Shown here: positions 38,882 through 52,654 of the stretch, one piece after another
Position numbering within the stretch: position 1 is the stretch's first letter
Layout of the letters: each line of letters starts with the position of its first letter
Source of the DNA: Phoronis australis
Taxonomy: Eukaryota; Animalia; Phoronida
DNA length: 64,000 bases
Direction: 5' to 3'
NCBI GenBank assembly: GCA_002633005.1
Contig: NMRA01000024.1
Coordinates: 1-64,000, forward strand
Position numbers and translations under genes: made by a program
The notes under the pieces: generated by a model
The model's database searches: none
Seen by the model: the letters and a program-made list of their open reading frames with translations, nothing else
Told to the model about the DNA's origin: nothing

Positions 38882-39023
38882 AGGTCATCATTGGTGGAGA
38901 CAGTTACACCGTCCCTCTGCCATGTCACAGCAGCATTAACACTTAACGTGCCCGTTAGTAAACAGGTAATTGTGGCCTGATCACCTGAAGTCACAATCTT
39001 TTCATCCGCAGGCTCCGTATGAA
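38882..39023 (-). CDS. TNFR-Ig receptor coding exon 5 (Ig domain, first half)
   Basis: TTTCTGTTCCAG acceptor, L-HTEPADEKIVTSGDQATITCLLTGTLSVNAAVTWQRDG... with Ig B-strand Cys and C-strand Trp, GTAAGT donor, phase 1-2. Confidence 0.9.
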
Positions 39024-39149
39024 CTGGAACAGAAAATGTGTAGTAAAACTACATTACTTTCATAAAGAAGATATCAGGGCCCAAGGTCCAGAGTACAAAG
39101 TAACTGGTTATCCACTTTTATTAATGAATAAAACATATAACTATCATTA

Positions 39150-40563
39150 CCGTATTCGCCCTAATAACCGCCCAGGGCGCTAAAAAAAATGGGGCACTTA
39201 TTGTAACCCAAGATGGTTCAAACCCGGTCTCCGAAACGGGTGAAATAGCAAGCTAAGATTCATCATAAATTTTACTCTCTGTGAGGTATCCGTAATCTAT
39301 GACAGACTTTCTACAAAATCGCGGTGTATTGCTATCAAACTTTGCTGTTAAATTACAATCATTTTGCAGAAAATTGTGTGTAAATCCCAGGGCGAAAACT
39401 TGCCGACTGACTGCCTCGCAATCGTCGTTATGGCAACTTGGAATGCTTGAATAAAAATACACTTTCGACTCAAGCAAATTACCTGACATCCTCCTTAAGT
39501 TTTCCAGACAGCGTCCCTAAGATTTTAAAGTTCCCATAGAGTCGGGATTAATGGCAGGTTAAGTACAAATCTGTGCTACATCGTGCCATCTATCGTAGGC
39601 TTACCCGGTAATACGAGAAAAAAATCTCGGGACATGTTGTCACGTGACGTTTGTTTTGAAGTTTGTCTGCTTGTGTAAGTGAGCGCGTGCACGTCACTAG
39701 AGTTCATTTGCCAGTCGTAAACGCAATCTAATGAGCTACATGTGCATTGTACACAAGCAGAAAGCAAACGTGTTTCATTCAGCGCTTGCCGGTCTCATCT
39801 GCTAAAAAATTCTTTCGACAATTGTCTCGGTAAGGCCCATATTAATCGCCGTGTGGCTGGATGCGTACGTGACTGTCTGCCAGTTATTTTTCGGTGTAAG
39901 GATGTATAAGCATTCACAGTCAGTAGTCATTTTATTGGATATTTGGCTTTAAAAACACCAATTATGATTAACCAATAATGCAAGTTTTTTATGGTATTAG
40001 AAACTGTAAGAAACTAGTGCCAATATTTATTTATTGCCGATGCTATACTACCCGTTTCATGAATGGATAGTTCCCTACTAATGTCTTTGATGACAGCCAG
40101 TACATGTATGTAGCGCGCGCTTCCTGGCCACGTGCTTTTAACAGTGGTCAAGTTTTGCTTATTTAGTCTTCAATTCGCAGTTTTCACGTGTACGAAGAAA
40201 TTTGGATTCCTGCTGAGAGCGGGAAATATCTACAATACAATCCATCCCATAGTACGACACATTCCTCGCAAGATCAGCAAAACTTTTGCGTCCCTTTTAA
40301 GGCACGGCAGAAGTTTGTAAGTAAAGTCACGGCTAATTATCGACATAGCGGCGAGGCTCGTGGTCTACAAATTCAGCGCACAATGATTTTTCAGGTCTGT
40401 CGGATATTATTGATAAATTGAATACCTTGCTGTAGAATTTTAGGACCGTGGGTAAGGCATTTTTCACACGTACACGTTCATGGACTGGGCGCTTATTTTA
40501 GCAAAGTCTGAAAATGCGTGGGGGCGCTTATAGGGGCATGGGCGACTATTAGGGCGAATACGT
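39150..40563. mobile_element. Non-autonomous Tc1/mariner-pogo-like element, 1.4 kb
   Basis: TA|CCGTATTCGCCCTAATA ... TATTAGGGCGAATACGT|TA. Related copies at 58272-59244, about 60545-61015 and about 50770-50960. Confidence 0.8.
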
Positions 40564-41051
40564 TATGTTAAATGCCAAAACAGAGATACAGAGCTGCTAA
40601 AAACAAACCGCCAAAAAACGATGCAGATATAAGGCTTTCAGAACTATATACAATCAATTCGCTAAATAGAAACATTATTTTGTTACCTGCCATGTAGTTC
40701 TCGTATATACTACGTTCACACTAAGAAATGATAAAAGTGCACACATCCAAAACTCTCATGGATGAGCAGTATGAAACTACAACAAAGATGGCTTACAGAG
40801 ATGGAAGTTCACACTAACGTTAAAAAATGTGGGGTTTGTGGTTATGTAACACTATCTCAGAAAGTCGTACTTGCTTCCTTCAAAAGGACACAAATTGTTC
40901 AAGAACAGGAAGGGACATGAGTTAGAGGTAGAGTGGAGGGGAGAGTGGAGGGGAGAGGGGCTTACAGAAATGTAAGTGGTCGTTGAGAAAAATGATTCAA
41001 GCAGCATCATTTTGGCAAACTTCACCAAGTAAGAATCTGATTCAAATTTCT

Positions 41052-41118
41052 TCAGTAATAACGCTCAGTAATAATGCTCAGTTATAATGCTCAGTAATGC
41101 TCAGTAATAACGCTCAGT
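41052..41118. repeat. Minisatellite (CAGTAATAACGCT) x about 5
   Basis: Direct reading of the sequence. Confidence 0.85.
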
Positions 41119-42176
41119 CAACAGACAACACACAGATACAGGTTGTTGGTGACTGTGGAAAAGAAACGCATCTGTTTGGATTTTTAGAATCTAACAAGCG
41201 TTATAAATCCACCTTCTGTAACGAAACCTAACTTTTGATTTCAACTACTTACCACTATAAAAAATTGGTCTCAAATTCAGATTCGATTCAGTGTTTAAAA
41301 CTCTAGAATAAGACTTATGGGATTTTAATCACCAAGTGTGTTACCTGGCAATAACAAAACTACCAGTTCTTTGCAAGAAGATGTAAAATCACTCCTCATC
41401 TGAGTAAGACCAAGTTTATAGCAGCAAGTGGATTTATCAAAAGTCAGCTTCTTCGACAGAACATGGGCTTTTATCTTCTACAAAAATGATAACATTATCA
41501 TTAAAACTGGGAAGACCTGAATACGGTCATTCAAAACTCAAAATATTAAAAAGTTGCCGTTAAAAAGTTGCCAGGTGTATGCCGACTAAACCCAATGCGA
41601 ATGGAACCAAAACGCGTGTGATGTAATGTTTTCCACAGTCTATGTCAGTCTAAATCATTGTTAGTTGGAAACTCAATTATGACAATTGCTAACAGATGTT
41701 AATGAAAATGAACAGAAAGTGAGTTTTCATGCACTGACTTCTGGTTTACAAAAACTGCATGTCACACAGATTGTCAACACGAGAGACATGGTTTGTTCAG
41801 TAACAGATTTCTCTCAATTTGCTGCAGACAAATGGTAGGTTTAATGAAAAATTTTGCATAAATAACCAAATAATTCTTCTCCCTGATCGTACAACACTGC
41901 ATTTATCTCCCTTCATGTTTTCAGCATATCTGTTAGTCCACGAATTTCCACCACTTTTTTGTTAATCAATCATCAGTGACTGGAAACCAGGTGGCAATTC
42001 ATCCAAATTCTTCTTGAGTTATTTATTGGCCATTACAGCTGGGAGAATTGCCGAAAATGATGCAAAACATTCTTTATAATTTTAAATTAACTTGTATAAT
42101 AAAACTGCTTTAAATACATTTTATGGACATGTCAGAAGTGAAAATAGGAAAGGTGCTTCTATGCTGCAATACTAAT

Positions 42177-43800
42177 ACAAGAGCAACGCAGACTGTTGAA
42201 ATGTGCTCACGAATGCATCGCAAATGGTGTGCTTTTAGGGTTGCTTATTTGTTTCATAAAAATGGCAACTAGATGGCTCAAAACATACAATCCGTCCAAA
42301 AACGGGAACATGTCATTGCTTCCTTAATAGAAAGCTATACAACAAATTTCAATAGAAATCTGTCACAGAACTTCAGAGAAACAAAGAAAAACAGAATAAA
42401 ATGAAATTGCCACTAGGGGGCACAGTGTTCATTGGATCCGTCTGAAAGTCGTCATTGTCTGGTGTTAGCTTCATACAAATATGCTTACTAAATTTAATAA
42501 AGATCCTGCCGTCTGTTTAGGAGATACAGCCATGGGCACAAAACAAAACAAGACCAACAATAGGAGACGCCACAGTAGTCAAAGTCATCATCATCAACCG
42601 TCCTCTTCACACTGAGAACATATAAGCCAATTTTCAAAACCATCCTTAGAATGATTTGGTTGATAGAGAGGTAGACGCCAAAAATCGGACTCGAAAACAG
42701 CAAAAATGGCAACTATATGGTGCAAAGTACCTTGATTCAATCTGAAAACGGGAGGATAGTGTCATCTCACCAATAGATGCCCTTATTCAAAATTTTATGA
42801 AAATTTGTGGAGGACCTTTGAAGATACAAAGGTAAACGTAAAACTAAAATTGCCACCAGGGGGGATACCAGTAGTCAGATCCATCCCAAAATCACCATCG
42901 CCCGTTGCCAACATCATATAAACACAGTCTTGTTTAATTTCTTAAAGATCCTTCAAACGGTTTAGGAGATGCAGCCATGGGCGCAAAAAACAAAACGGTA
43001 AAAATGGCCACTAGGTGGCGCAAACTAGGTCGAATCCATCTGAAAACGGAACGATAGTGTCACCTCACTAACAGAAGCCTGCACACCAAATTTTATGAAA
43101 ATACGATGAGGATCTTTGAAGATACAGAGGTAAACGTAAAAAATAAAATTGCCACTAGGTGACACCAGTAGTCACATCTGTCCAAAAGTCGTCATCGTGC
43201 ATTGTCAACATCATATAAATGCACTTACTAAATTTAGTAGATGCAGCAAACGGTTTAGGAGATGTAGCATTAGGCGCAAAAAAATAAGCTGCCACTTGGA
43301 GGCGCCATAGTACTCGAAATCGTCGGAAAATCATTGTCAACCGTGCTCTTCATAGTAAGAACATACATGCCAATTTTCACAATCATGCTTAGAGCGTTTT
43401 GGTTGATAGAGGGGTGGATGCCAAAAAACAATCTCGAAAACAGTAAAAATGGCCACTATGTGGCGCAAACTACGTTGAATCCATCCGAAAACGGGAGGAT
43501 ACTGTCATCTCACTAATAGATACCTAATTTTATGAAAATACATTGAGGACCTTTGAAGATACAGAGGTAAATGTAAATAACTAAAATTGCCACTAGGGGG
43601 CACAGCAATAGTCGGATCCGTCTGAAAGTTCGCTCATGTCGTCCCGTCCATGAAAGGAACATATTGTGCAAAATTTCATGAACATACATCGATTGATTTT
43701 GGAGATAGAGCAGCAGATGCCAGACGGACGGACGGACGGACGGACGAATGCAGATGACGGCATAATGCGTCCACATATAAATATGTGGGCGCATAAAAAT
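42177..43800 (-). mobile_element. Helentron/HINE (DINE-1-like) element with an internal array of ~145-bp subunits
   Basis: ACAAGAGCAACGCAG end, about ten GCCACTAG-containing subunits, (GACG)6 at 43723-43746, and terminal hairpin ATGCGTCCACATA/TATGTGGGCGCAT. Confidence 0.75.
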
Positions 43801-44725
43801 GTATGTCTTAATAGGTGAGTGTCAAGTTTTGACTTTTGCGATCAGCAGATGGTAAAAACAATTAAGGTTAGACTGTGAAACTTTTTGTGAAACAAAGTAT
43901 GGTATGCAAGTTTGTAACATGCTGACAACACAAAGCATGCAAAGTACCTTATATGGCCCGTAAAGCTATATAAATAACAACAACATCAGCTTTAGTTGGA
44001 ATGCAATTTAATTGCAGCAGAAATTTATTGCTACGCTACACAATTGCTGTGAACACCCACAAGTAAAGTACAGCTCACAACATTAGGCAGTAACGAGGGT
44101 TAGTGTGGACAGCTGGAGGACAGCTAGAAACGGCCAACCACCCAAGAAAAACACAGCTGTCTTCCAGATGGCCAGGAGTTGCCCATTCAACAAAGAATTG
44201 ATTACTGTATGTTTACCAAATGATTAGTACACGAAAGCAAAAGCGGAGCTGAATGTTTTGATACCAGGAAAGCGTGTTATCTTTGCAAGGCAGTCGACCC
44301 ATTCTGCATGAGTCGACCTGCAAGCCAATGAATTTTCAATGTTTGAAACTCACTGCAACTTGACAAAAGAATCAGTAAAAACAATGATTTCAGCCATTTC
44401 TTCAAAATGATTTGTCCTGAACACTACATTCGTTGCTTGTTCCAGTTAGCATGGTCAGAGAACTATCAATACAAGTCTGAACAAAGTGAATTTCATTTGA
44501 ACATAGATTGAGCGAGTCTTGAGCTCTATTTCACGTCTGAGACAACTGCCACAGTAAGGGCCTGTGTGCTCAATACTAAACCCTGTGAAACATAGTACAG
44601 TGTAATCCACGTGACTAATTCCTAATCGTGTTTTATTATTAAAGTTTCCAATTAAAATATATCGATCATAATGAGACCAGCCTGTGAACATTTCTTGGAG
44701 CAAGTGATGTTAACAAGCTACTTAC

Positions 44726-44782
44726 GTGAAGGACTCGTATATACTGGGGTGATGGCTTTCGTTACTCTGCTGGATCCAGAAT
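44726..44782 (-). CDS. TNFR-Ig receptor coding exon 4 (S/T/P-rich linker)
   Basis: TATATTTTAG acceptor, D-SGSSRVTKAITPVYTSPS, GTAAGT donor, 57 nt, phase 1-1. Confidence 0.75.
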
Positions 44783-45689
44783 CTAAAATATAAAAGGTTA
44801 GGTTAAAAAGAACTGCAGATTGATCTGATCAGTGCTTTGTATACTAAAACTGATGCAGTATTTTTAAATGACAAATTGGCCAAAAAATTCCAGTAGTTGT
44901 TTTGCAGCGGGAAAAACCAGAGGAAACTATTTATTTCGTACTAGTCAACACGTGAATGTGTGCAGTGTCTTTGATCCGAATCATTTCATTAGATAAATGA
45001 ACAGGTAATTTATTTTGCTGTTATGTTGTGATACTGAAAAGACCTCCTTTTCGGCAAATTCACGAGAACAAAAATTTTGAATTTAATAAAAAATTACTAG
45101 GCAGACATCACACATACTGCCATATACTTGCCAGGCTTCAACTTACTAAAACAGAGATACTTATTAAATACTACAAAACTGAGGTATTTATTACTTTTAC
45201 AATGGACCTAAAACTTAATTTGTACAATTCTATTGCCATGATATCGGTCCCGTTAATTCTGCTGGGTGTGCAAAATATTTGTGCCAATCTTGCAGGCAGC
45301 AGTTGAATTTTGAGGTAAGCCAAGTGTCACCATACAATTCTTGGCAATGGGCTTCATGGTGTGATGGTCAATATCATTATTATTACACCAAATTATTCAA
45401 TATGGGCACTTAGCTGAAGCCTCATTCGTACATGCACACTGACATGAATATGACAGCCACTGGAAGGAAAGCATCATTCACTACTAATTTTCATAAGATT
45501 GCCATCAAAACTTAGCTTCACTTTCATCACAACTGTCAAGCGTAACGTCACGTGCCCACCCTTTGACAGAAATATAATGAATTAATTTAGTAGGCTTGAA
45601 CTGTTGATTTTATAATTAATATGCAATTACACCAAAATGGGTGGTCGATTCACAACAATGCTCTGCGAAAACTAGCAATCTATTAATTT

Positions 45690-46170
45690 CACTATGATGT
45701 TGTTTCCCTGAATGAGACACTTTATGTTCTAACGGTATCATCCAAGTCGAAGGATACCGATTTCTTAGTTGCAACTGTAAAAATTTGCACATTAATGCAC
45801 CCAGAGATTCTGGGGGTGTTGGTATGCTTATAAAACACTGTATGTTTGATAAATTTAACATAAGTGTTATTGATAAGGCATTTGATGGTGGCATTCTAGG
45901 GGTAAAGTTTACAAGTATTATGTCTGAAACTTGTTTTATAATTTATACAAAAGTCACGCTACTTTCCTCCTGAGGGTTCAAATATAAGTAAGAACATTTT
46001 TTTGACGACATTTATTCTCATCTCACCAACCAATTGTATAACTTTAGTGATGTTGACAATGTCTTCATTTCAGGGGACTTTAACGCGAGAACAGGCAACA
46101 AAATAGATTTCATTCAAGATTGACGAAGTGGGCCCAAGACAGATCTTAGATTTTCAGACCAACCGATTTG
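45690..46170 (+). pseudogene. Non-LTR retrotransposon AP-endonuclease relic
   Basis: DVVSLNETL..EGYRF..SGGVGMLIK..YFPPEGS..VFISGDFNARTG, broken by frameshifts. Confidence 0.85.
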
Positions 46171-46847
46171 AAGCCTCAGTAGGAGTCGTGAACAGAACAT
46201 TTTCCTACGTGAATGTTTGAAAACCAGAACAGGCATCTACAAACTAATGCTTCGTAAGAATAACTGTTTTTAAAGTATGGTCGAAATCCCTATCAGAAAT
46301 GTGAAAAAAATGTGCAATAAAGAGCCAATTCCCGTTTATGGATTTGAAAATCAAGAATGGGACAAAATTCAGGAAAATACAATTGTTGTGAAAAATGTTG
46401 ACAATTAACATAATTACCCAATAGCACTTTGTAAACATACAGTTTTGAAAATTTGGTGAAAATCCCCCGAGAATTTTGTAGACGAGCTGTGTCCATGTGA
46501 AATTCAGTAAAATACAAATCGGGCAATCGATTTCCAAAATGGCGATGATATGTTCTACAGCACTTCATTACCATTAGGCACTACGGAGCTTTGTAAACAT
46601 ACATTTGAAAGTTTTTTGGTTGAGAACCCTTGAGGAAAGTTGCGGATGCACTCAGAAATCAGCATTATTTTGTGGACGGATGCACATACACACAGACGGA
46701 ATGACGGATACTGTTCGCGTTTGACAAATGTTATGAATAAAAAAATTAGAAGTGGCACTAAGCACATATCAGCCACAAATTAAAACAGTTATTCGGATGG
46801 AGAGTCGTTGGCGCTAAATGTATGCAAGTTTAACACACAGTAGTTAC

Positions 46848-47015
46848 CAATTGGTTCACCGCATGTGTTGTCGGAAGTTGCGTTGCCATGGTGAAGGAGT
46901 TTAAGCCCCTTTAAGTGACAGTCTGTCTGTTTCTTGCACTCACTGACGCTGGATACTTCATTAGAGTAGTAGCCCGGTAAACATTGAGCACATTCCACAT
47001 TGGACTTCGGGGTAC
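46848..47015 (-). CDS. TNFR-Ig receptor coding exon 3 (TNFR cysteine-rich repeats)
   Basis: CTTTATCAG acceptor, G-TPKSNVECAQCLPGYYSNEVSSVSECKKQTDC...GNATSDNTC, GTAACT donor. Confidence 0.92.
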
Positions 47016-47372
47016 CTGATAAAGGAAGTAACATGAGACGTATACAGTACACAACAAGGGGGTCAGTGCCAGTTGCATGAAACAGTCCCAAATAGTGATT
47101 AAACGAAGTTCCCTATATTAATCTGTTGAAGTACAAACTATTCTAGGTAATCCTTTTACATGTTTCATTTATCAAAACCCATCTTGGAAGTACATTTTAC
47201 ACCTGAATCAGTTAAATACTCTACAAACTGTAAAGACAAGGTTAGGGGATCCCAGGCCTTCATCCTTGCTCATCTGAACTGGGAAAATAATTGATAAAGT
47301 TCTGCCTGTTCTGTAAGTAACACAGAAAGTTAACAGAAAACTACATCTCACGAAAGGAAGCCTGTATTTTAC

Positions 47373-47619
47373 CTGGCTTTGCAACGCCATGCCCTAGACC
47401 ACAACGAGTGTGAGGCAGGCACACCTCGTTAGGTTGGGAATAGTAATACCCATCATTGCAGCTGCACACTGAGTCCTTGTTTTCTAGGCACCGTTCAACA
47501 AGGTGTTGATAGCGGCGTTCGCACGTATCGCATTCAAGGCAACGCCATTTACCATCTTTGTATATAATGTATGTGTCCTTGCCATCAGGACACTTGACGT
47601 GGTTAGCTTCCCTAGTATC
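47373..47619 (-). CDS. TNFR-Ig receptor coding exon 2 (TNFR cysteine-rich repeats)
   Basis: TTGTTTTGCAG acceptor, CPDGKDTY...CLECDTC...CLENKDSVCSCNDGYY...CLPHTRCGLGHGVAKPG, GTAAAA donor. Confidence 0.92.
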
Positions 47620-48262
47620 CTGCAAAACAACAAGGCATGGGAAATGATACAATCATTTCGAGTTCCATTTCGAGTAAAAGGATTGGAGACCGGGCCCTGG
47701 AATGCAATTGGTGATGACGGGGAAATCTCCCCCTCTACCAAAAATTTCCTTCTCAAAGGGCAAAAGCATCTTTCACCTCAGGTGAGTGAGGTCCCTGGCT
47801 TGTAAAGGGCTGGCAGCTCATTACTTAAGATAAGGCTCTACAAGTTGATTTGTGCATGACAGCATGACATTTTATTAGCCGAGCAATGACGAACTGTCAG
47901 TATCTTTTCAAGACCCAAAAATCAAATCTCTTCAAAGTAAGGAAAAAGTGCAACCACCATTATAGCGGTTCTACTGGGATCCAAATAAAAAGTTAATTTC
48001 TTGCCCCTTTGAAATCTCATGACATCTGATATTCAGTCCGTTTCGCTGCACCTCGTTCATATGTACAAGAACAGCCGATGCCATCAATTCTCCTGATCAT
48101 GAGCACTGATCTAAGATGCTTTTGTGTGGGGCAGGGCAATTACTGCATCAGTGGTGATTTTACCACAATAGGACACTGGCTGAAATAAATTACAATAGCG
48201 TCCACTGACACAAGTAATTTAACTGTTTGGCTTCTGAAATTAAATTCCCCAAAGAAATACCA

Positions 48263-49654
48263 CACGGGTGAGAAACAACATGACCGCTGGTCCTCCAAAT
48301 CGGACCGACTCACCCAAAACAGGACCGACACACCCAAAAACATGACCGCCCCACCACAAAACAGGACCGCTAGCGACTGAACATGTAGTTATCAAGGCCT
48401 TTGTATGATACTGACAATTATGACGCAACCGGTCAGCTAGCTGGGTAAAAAAAAGCTTGGCAGCACTGCACTATTGAGCTCCGTTACATCCCCGAAATTT
48501 CCCACAGCCCGGGTAGTTCTGCTCGCCACCTCGTCGTGAAACTTACATCAACATGAGCTCGTGACCGGCACAGGCCCATGCAAAATCTAGAAGTCAACCA
48601 ACACTCACCTAGCAGGTTGCAGCCGCTTGAATGAGTGAAAAACAATCTGACTAATTAATGAACTATTGTAACAAAAAGTCTGTCGCGCTCGTGACATGTG
48701 CAAGCGCCATTTCCTCAGAAAAATTTTGCGACATCTTTCGGAAGATGATGACAACTTCACAGCAGCAAGATTTGTTCTGAAATTTGGTTTGCTGGTATTA
48801 AAATACTAAAAACTTATAACGAAATGAAACCAGTTTCGATAATTTGTTGTGCCATGTACGCAACCTCGTAGAAGAGAAGAACAGTTGACTGAAGAATCGG
48901 TGAAAAAAGGAACCGGCCAATGTAAGCCGACCTAAAAGAACGCATCTCAATTTTAACAGCAGAATAACTACAGAACGACAATTTTTCTCGAGCGCCGATA
49001 AATAATTTAGTTTACTGAAGGAAGAGTGTCTTTAATAACACTAATTGGCCGGGTGAAGATTTTACATGTTCCGCCGGTGCAAAGCTGTATTAATAGTTAG
49101 TATACAGCTTTGACGCACAAAGGCTAGTTGTGATGATGCTTTACCCGAGAACCAGAACGCCCTTTTTTTACTTGACTAAAACGTCAAATTGAAGAAAATG
49201 ATTTTGACATTTTGTTCTAAAACTTACGGAGTGGACAAAATTATTTACCTCAAAAGCGTACAACGTGGTTGTTTCTTGTTAGATTTATTAAACGTTGACC
49301 TTTCAACTGTTTATAAGTCAAACGCCGCAGCCGGTAGCCTGGTGAAGTAAAACTCAAAAGCGCTGCGTAATACAAAGCGAAGTGTCCTCTGTAGCGCACA
49401 AAAGATTTCAGTGGATTTATCGGCACAAGACCTGCATATTACATATATAGCCCCATCGTATGATCTGTGTAGGTCTACCAGTAATAAATATTAGCCTGTT
49501 TGTCATTGCGGTTTCAGTCCCCGGCGGTCCAGTTTTGTGGTGGGGCAGTCATGTTTTTAGGTTTCCTTTAGTCCCATTTTCTGGTGCGGCGGTCCCATTT
49601 GATCTCCGTAGGTCCTGTTTAGAGGACCGGCGGTCATGCTGTTTCACACCCGTG
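48263..49654. mobile_element. TIR element with CACGGGTG termini and subterminal repeats (CMC/Chapaev-like), containing a nested repeat
   Basis: Inverted ends of about 120 bp built of ACAGGACCG/ACATGACCG subrepeats. No clear TSD. Confidence 0.6.
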
Positions 49655-49999
49655 TAACAAATACAATGAAAATAGGACAAAACAATGTAGTTCATGAATT
49701 TAGTTCGTTCATCAATATCGCAACGTGTCCAACTTAATGATATAATCTTGATATAGATAGTGAGGCTGAATACAGGGCTAATGACTTCGTGAATGCTGAA
49801 CATTTGAATTAACTGACATTTTGATTTGGGCACCATTATCATTTGGGTTTGAAACTTAACAAAATCTATAATTGATACGAGTTCCAAGTCAAAAGACTGG
49901 TTGACAAAGCAGTTTTTTTGTATAGACAAAACAAGCTCATGTGTTGGATAAAGGAAGGCTAGACATTGTCTCCCTTAAACCACCACCCAATCTACAAAC

Positions 50000-50128
50000 C
50001 CTTTCATTGGATGCGGGTGCATCATTCTTCATTACTTCTACATTGCTTGAAGATGGTTCACCATACGCCATGGTACCATATTCCCACACCGCCATCACAA
50101 AACTTGACAAAATGAAAAGCCATATCAT
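50000..50128 (-). CDS. TNFR-Ig receptor coding exon 1 (signal peptide)
   Basis: TTTCCTTACAG acceptor 9 nt before the ATG, hydrophobic MIWLFILSSFVMAVW..., AGG|GTTTGT donor in phase 0 matching exon 2. Confidence 0.75.
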
Positions 50129-52654
50129 CTTGTTGCTCTGTAAGGAAACAGAAAATTATTGCAAAATCGGAATTTGCAGGGCTCTTCAAGGGTTAGGATT
50201 GCATCATTCATACATGCAAGTCAATCTTAATTCCTGCAGTCACAGCTTTCTTGGCAAAAGTGTAGAAATTTATAACTGCCCAAAGGTATCAATTCTGGCC
50301 AGTCTCATTTTACAGTTCTTTTAATGACACATCCTATATGTTCAGGATATCACCTGGTGCGTTTAACTTGAAAACAACTAAGATGTATGAGAAACTATGG
50401 GTGGCCATTCATGCAAAGAACATCAAATTGTACCGTTATTTAATTCCATTTAATAAACTCAATGCCAACTGTATGACAATTCAATCTCATCTTGCGCATT
50501 TAATGCTATGACATCAATTCAATCAACTCTTGTTGATTCCATAAATTCCATATCATGCTGTTATGTATATTTCATTGCAATATTAGTTTTTGGCCAAATT
50601 AGAAGAAGTGATAAACAAAATCGACGATAGGCTATTCCCATGCATGTCCTCCATGCTGATAGGTCGTTCAATAGGAATGTTGGAGCATGCAGGCTGGAGT
50701 TGTTTTCAGTTGACAAATATGGTGCCATGCATTGTGATGTGTACTGAACATTCTGTTACGATACTGTTTTTGCCCTAATAAGCGCCCAGAGAGCTTAGAA
50801 AAATTCACTTCAGGGAGAGGCGCTAATCTTCGAAACAGGTGAAATTAATCAAATTTACGCTCTGTGGCGCATCTGTAACTTATGACAGTTTCTAAGAAAT
50901 TGCGGTACATTGCTATCAAACTTAGTTGTTAAATTACAAGCATTTTTCAGAAAATCCCACTGCGAAGACATATGCGAATATTTTTAAATGGCCACCATGT
51001 GACGTACAAAACATCAAATCTGTTCAAAAATGGGAAGGCGTTGTTGTCTCCTTAATAGAAACCTATTTGCCAAATTCCATGAAAATGCACTCATGAACTA
51101 CAAATTCAAGATACAGAGGTGAACATCAAAACATTTTGCTACAAGGGGACACAGCAGATAAGCTTGGCTTTGTTACGGTTCGTCGTTGGCTCCATAGGAA
51201 TACATCTTTCATAGCAGATAGGGAGGTGGACACCAGAAAACGGGTCCAAAAATAAAAATGGACACCAGGAAGCGCAGACAACATCAAATCTGTGTAAAAA
51301 CGGGAAGGCATTGTCGTCTATATAACAGAAATTTAATTGTTGAATTTCATGAAAATACATTACTGAAATCCGCAGATACAGATGCAAAGTAAACGTAAAA
51401 AACATTTTGCCACTAGGGAGCATAGTGGTATCAGGATCACTTCAACACTCGCTACCATTTCTTGACGGCTCCGTAGGAATACAAGTGAAAAATTTGTGAA
51501 GGGCTTGCATTACTTTAATTTTTAAAAATATTCATCATCGCCCCAATTTGTTATAATAGATATTAATAGAAAGGAGAAAGTTCAAATATTCTGTTGGCAC
51601 ACTTTTCATTTTATGTTATTTAGTATCCTAACAGATATGATCTTGTGTAAATCATGAAAAATGGCAAAAATTTGCTGTTGCTGAATTTCGGCCATATTGG
51701 TAGGGCGGTCGAACCAAAATTTTTTTTTCTTTTTGAAAATATTCTCTATTATCATCGGAAAGATAATGCATCCTCAATAAAAATCGAAAAATTATCAAAA
51801 TCGAGCGAAGCAGTGCAAAGTTATTGCAATTTTTGTGGCGAAATTTGGGTCACTTGTTTGGATCGGTTCGTCCATCTTGGACGACAGCGGAATAAGTTAC
51901 ACTTGGCTAAAAAAGTTGAAATATTTTTTTAAATGTTTTTTTTTGCTTGACAGACAACTGTTCTTCAAGGCTTGATTATGTGCCACAAAATGATTCATAT
52001 TTCTCTAAATTTTGTGGCAAATTTGTGCTTTGAAGTCGTGTTTTGTAACTTGTTGCTTTCTTACTTCAGGTTATCAAGGCAACAACTATGAAGAATCTTA
52101 ATTAGACAAATAGGCTGTGTTGGATTGTGAAGCTTCAAGCCTCCAAGCCTTGTTCGTTGCAACTTCATATTTTTTAAGTCATGGTTGTGGAATTCTGGTG
52201 TAACGAAATACCGTAGTTAGTCGCAATGGTAATAGTTATATGCATGCAGTTTCATATCATGAAAATTTGTGCTGTTGGATACCATTTGTAATGCTTAATG
52301 ATCTAAAGTGCTGTGCATTCTATGTAACTTATAGTTAAAGACTGGATCATTTTGGCTTACACATTATGGTTACTGTACTGAAATTATATCAGTTTTGACT
52401 GATGTAGGGTAGATATAACCCTCAACTACCTTGAAAGTCTTTCACTCTAGAAAATTGAAAGGTCACTTCCTTCGTACTCACCGCTTAAGTAAAACATAAC
52501 ATTTTGTATTGGACTTATCATCTTTGAGCTATGTCAAGAAATGGAATTGAAAGAACGTATGCCAGGGATTAATTATCATATGAAAGAAGCAAAATTTTGG
52601 AAGGTTGACGAATCTTGTCAAAACTGAAGGTTTTTCGTCTAGTATCTTTTCTTG

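Noticed and set aside
42259-43600. CRISPR-like repeat/spacer array
   Set aside because: The context is eukaryotic, whole ~145-bp units are homologous, there are no unique spacers and no cas genes.
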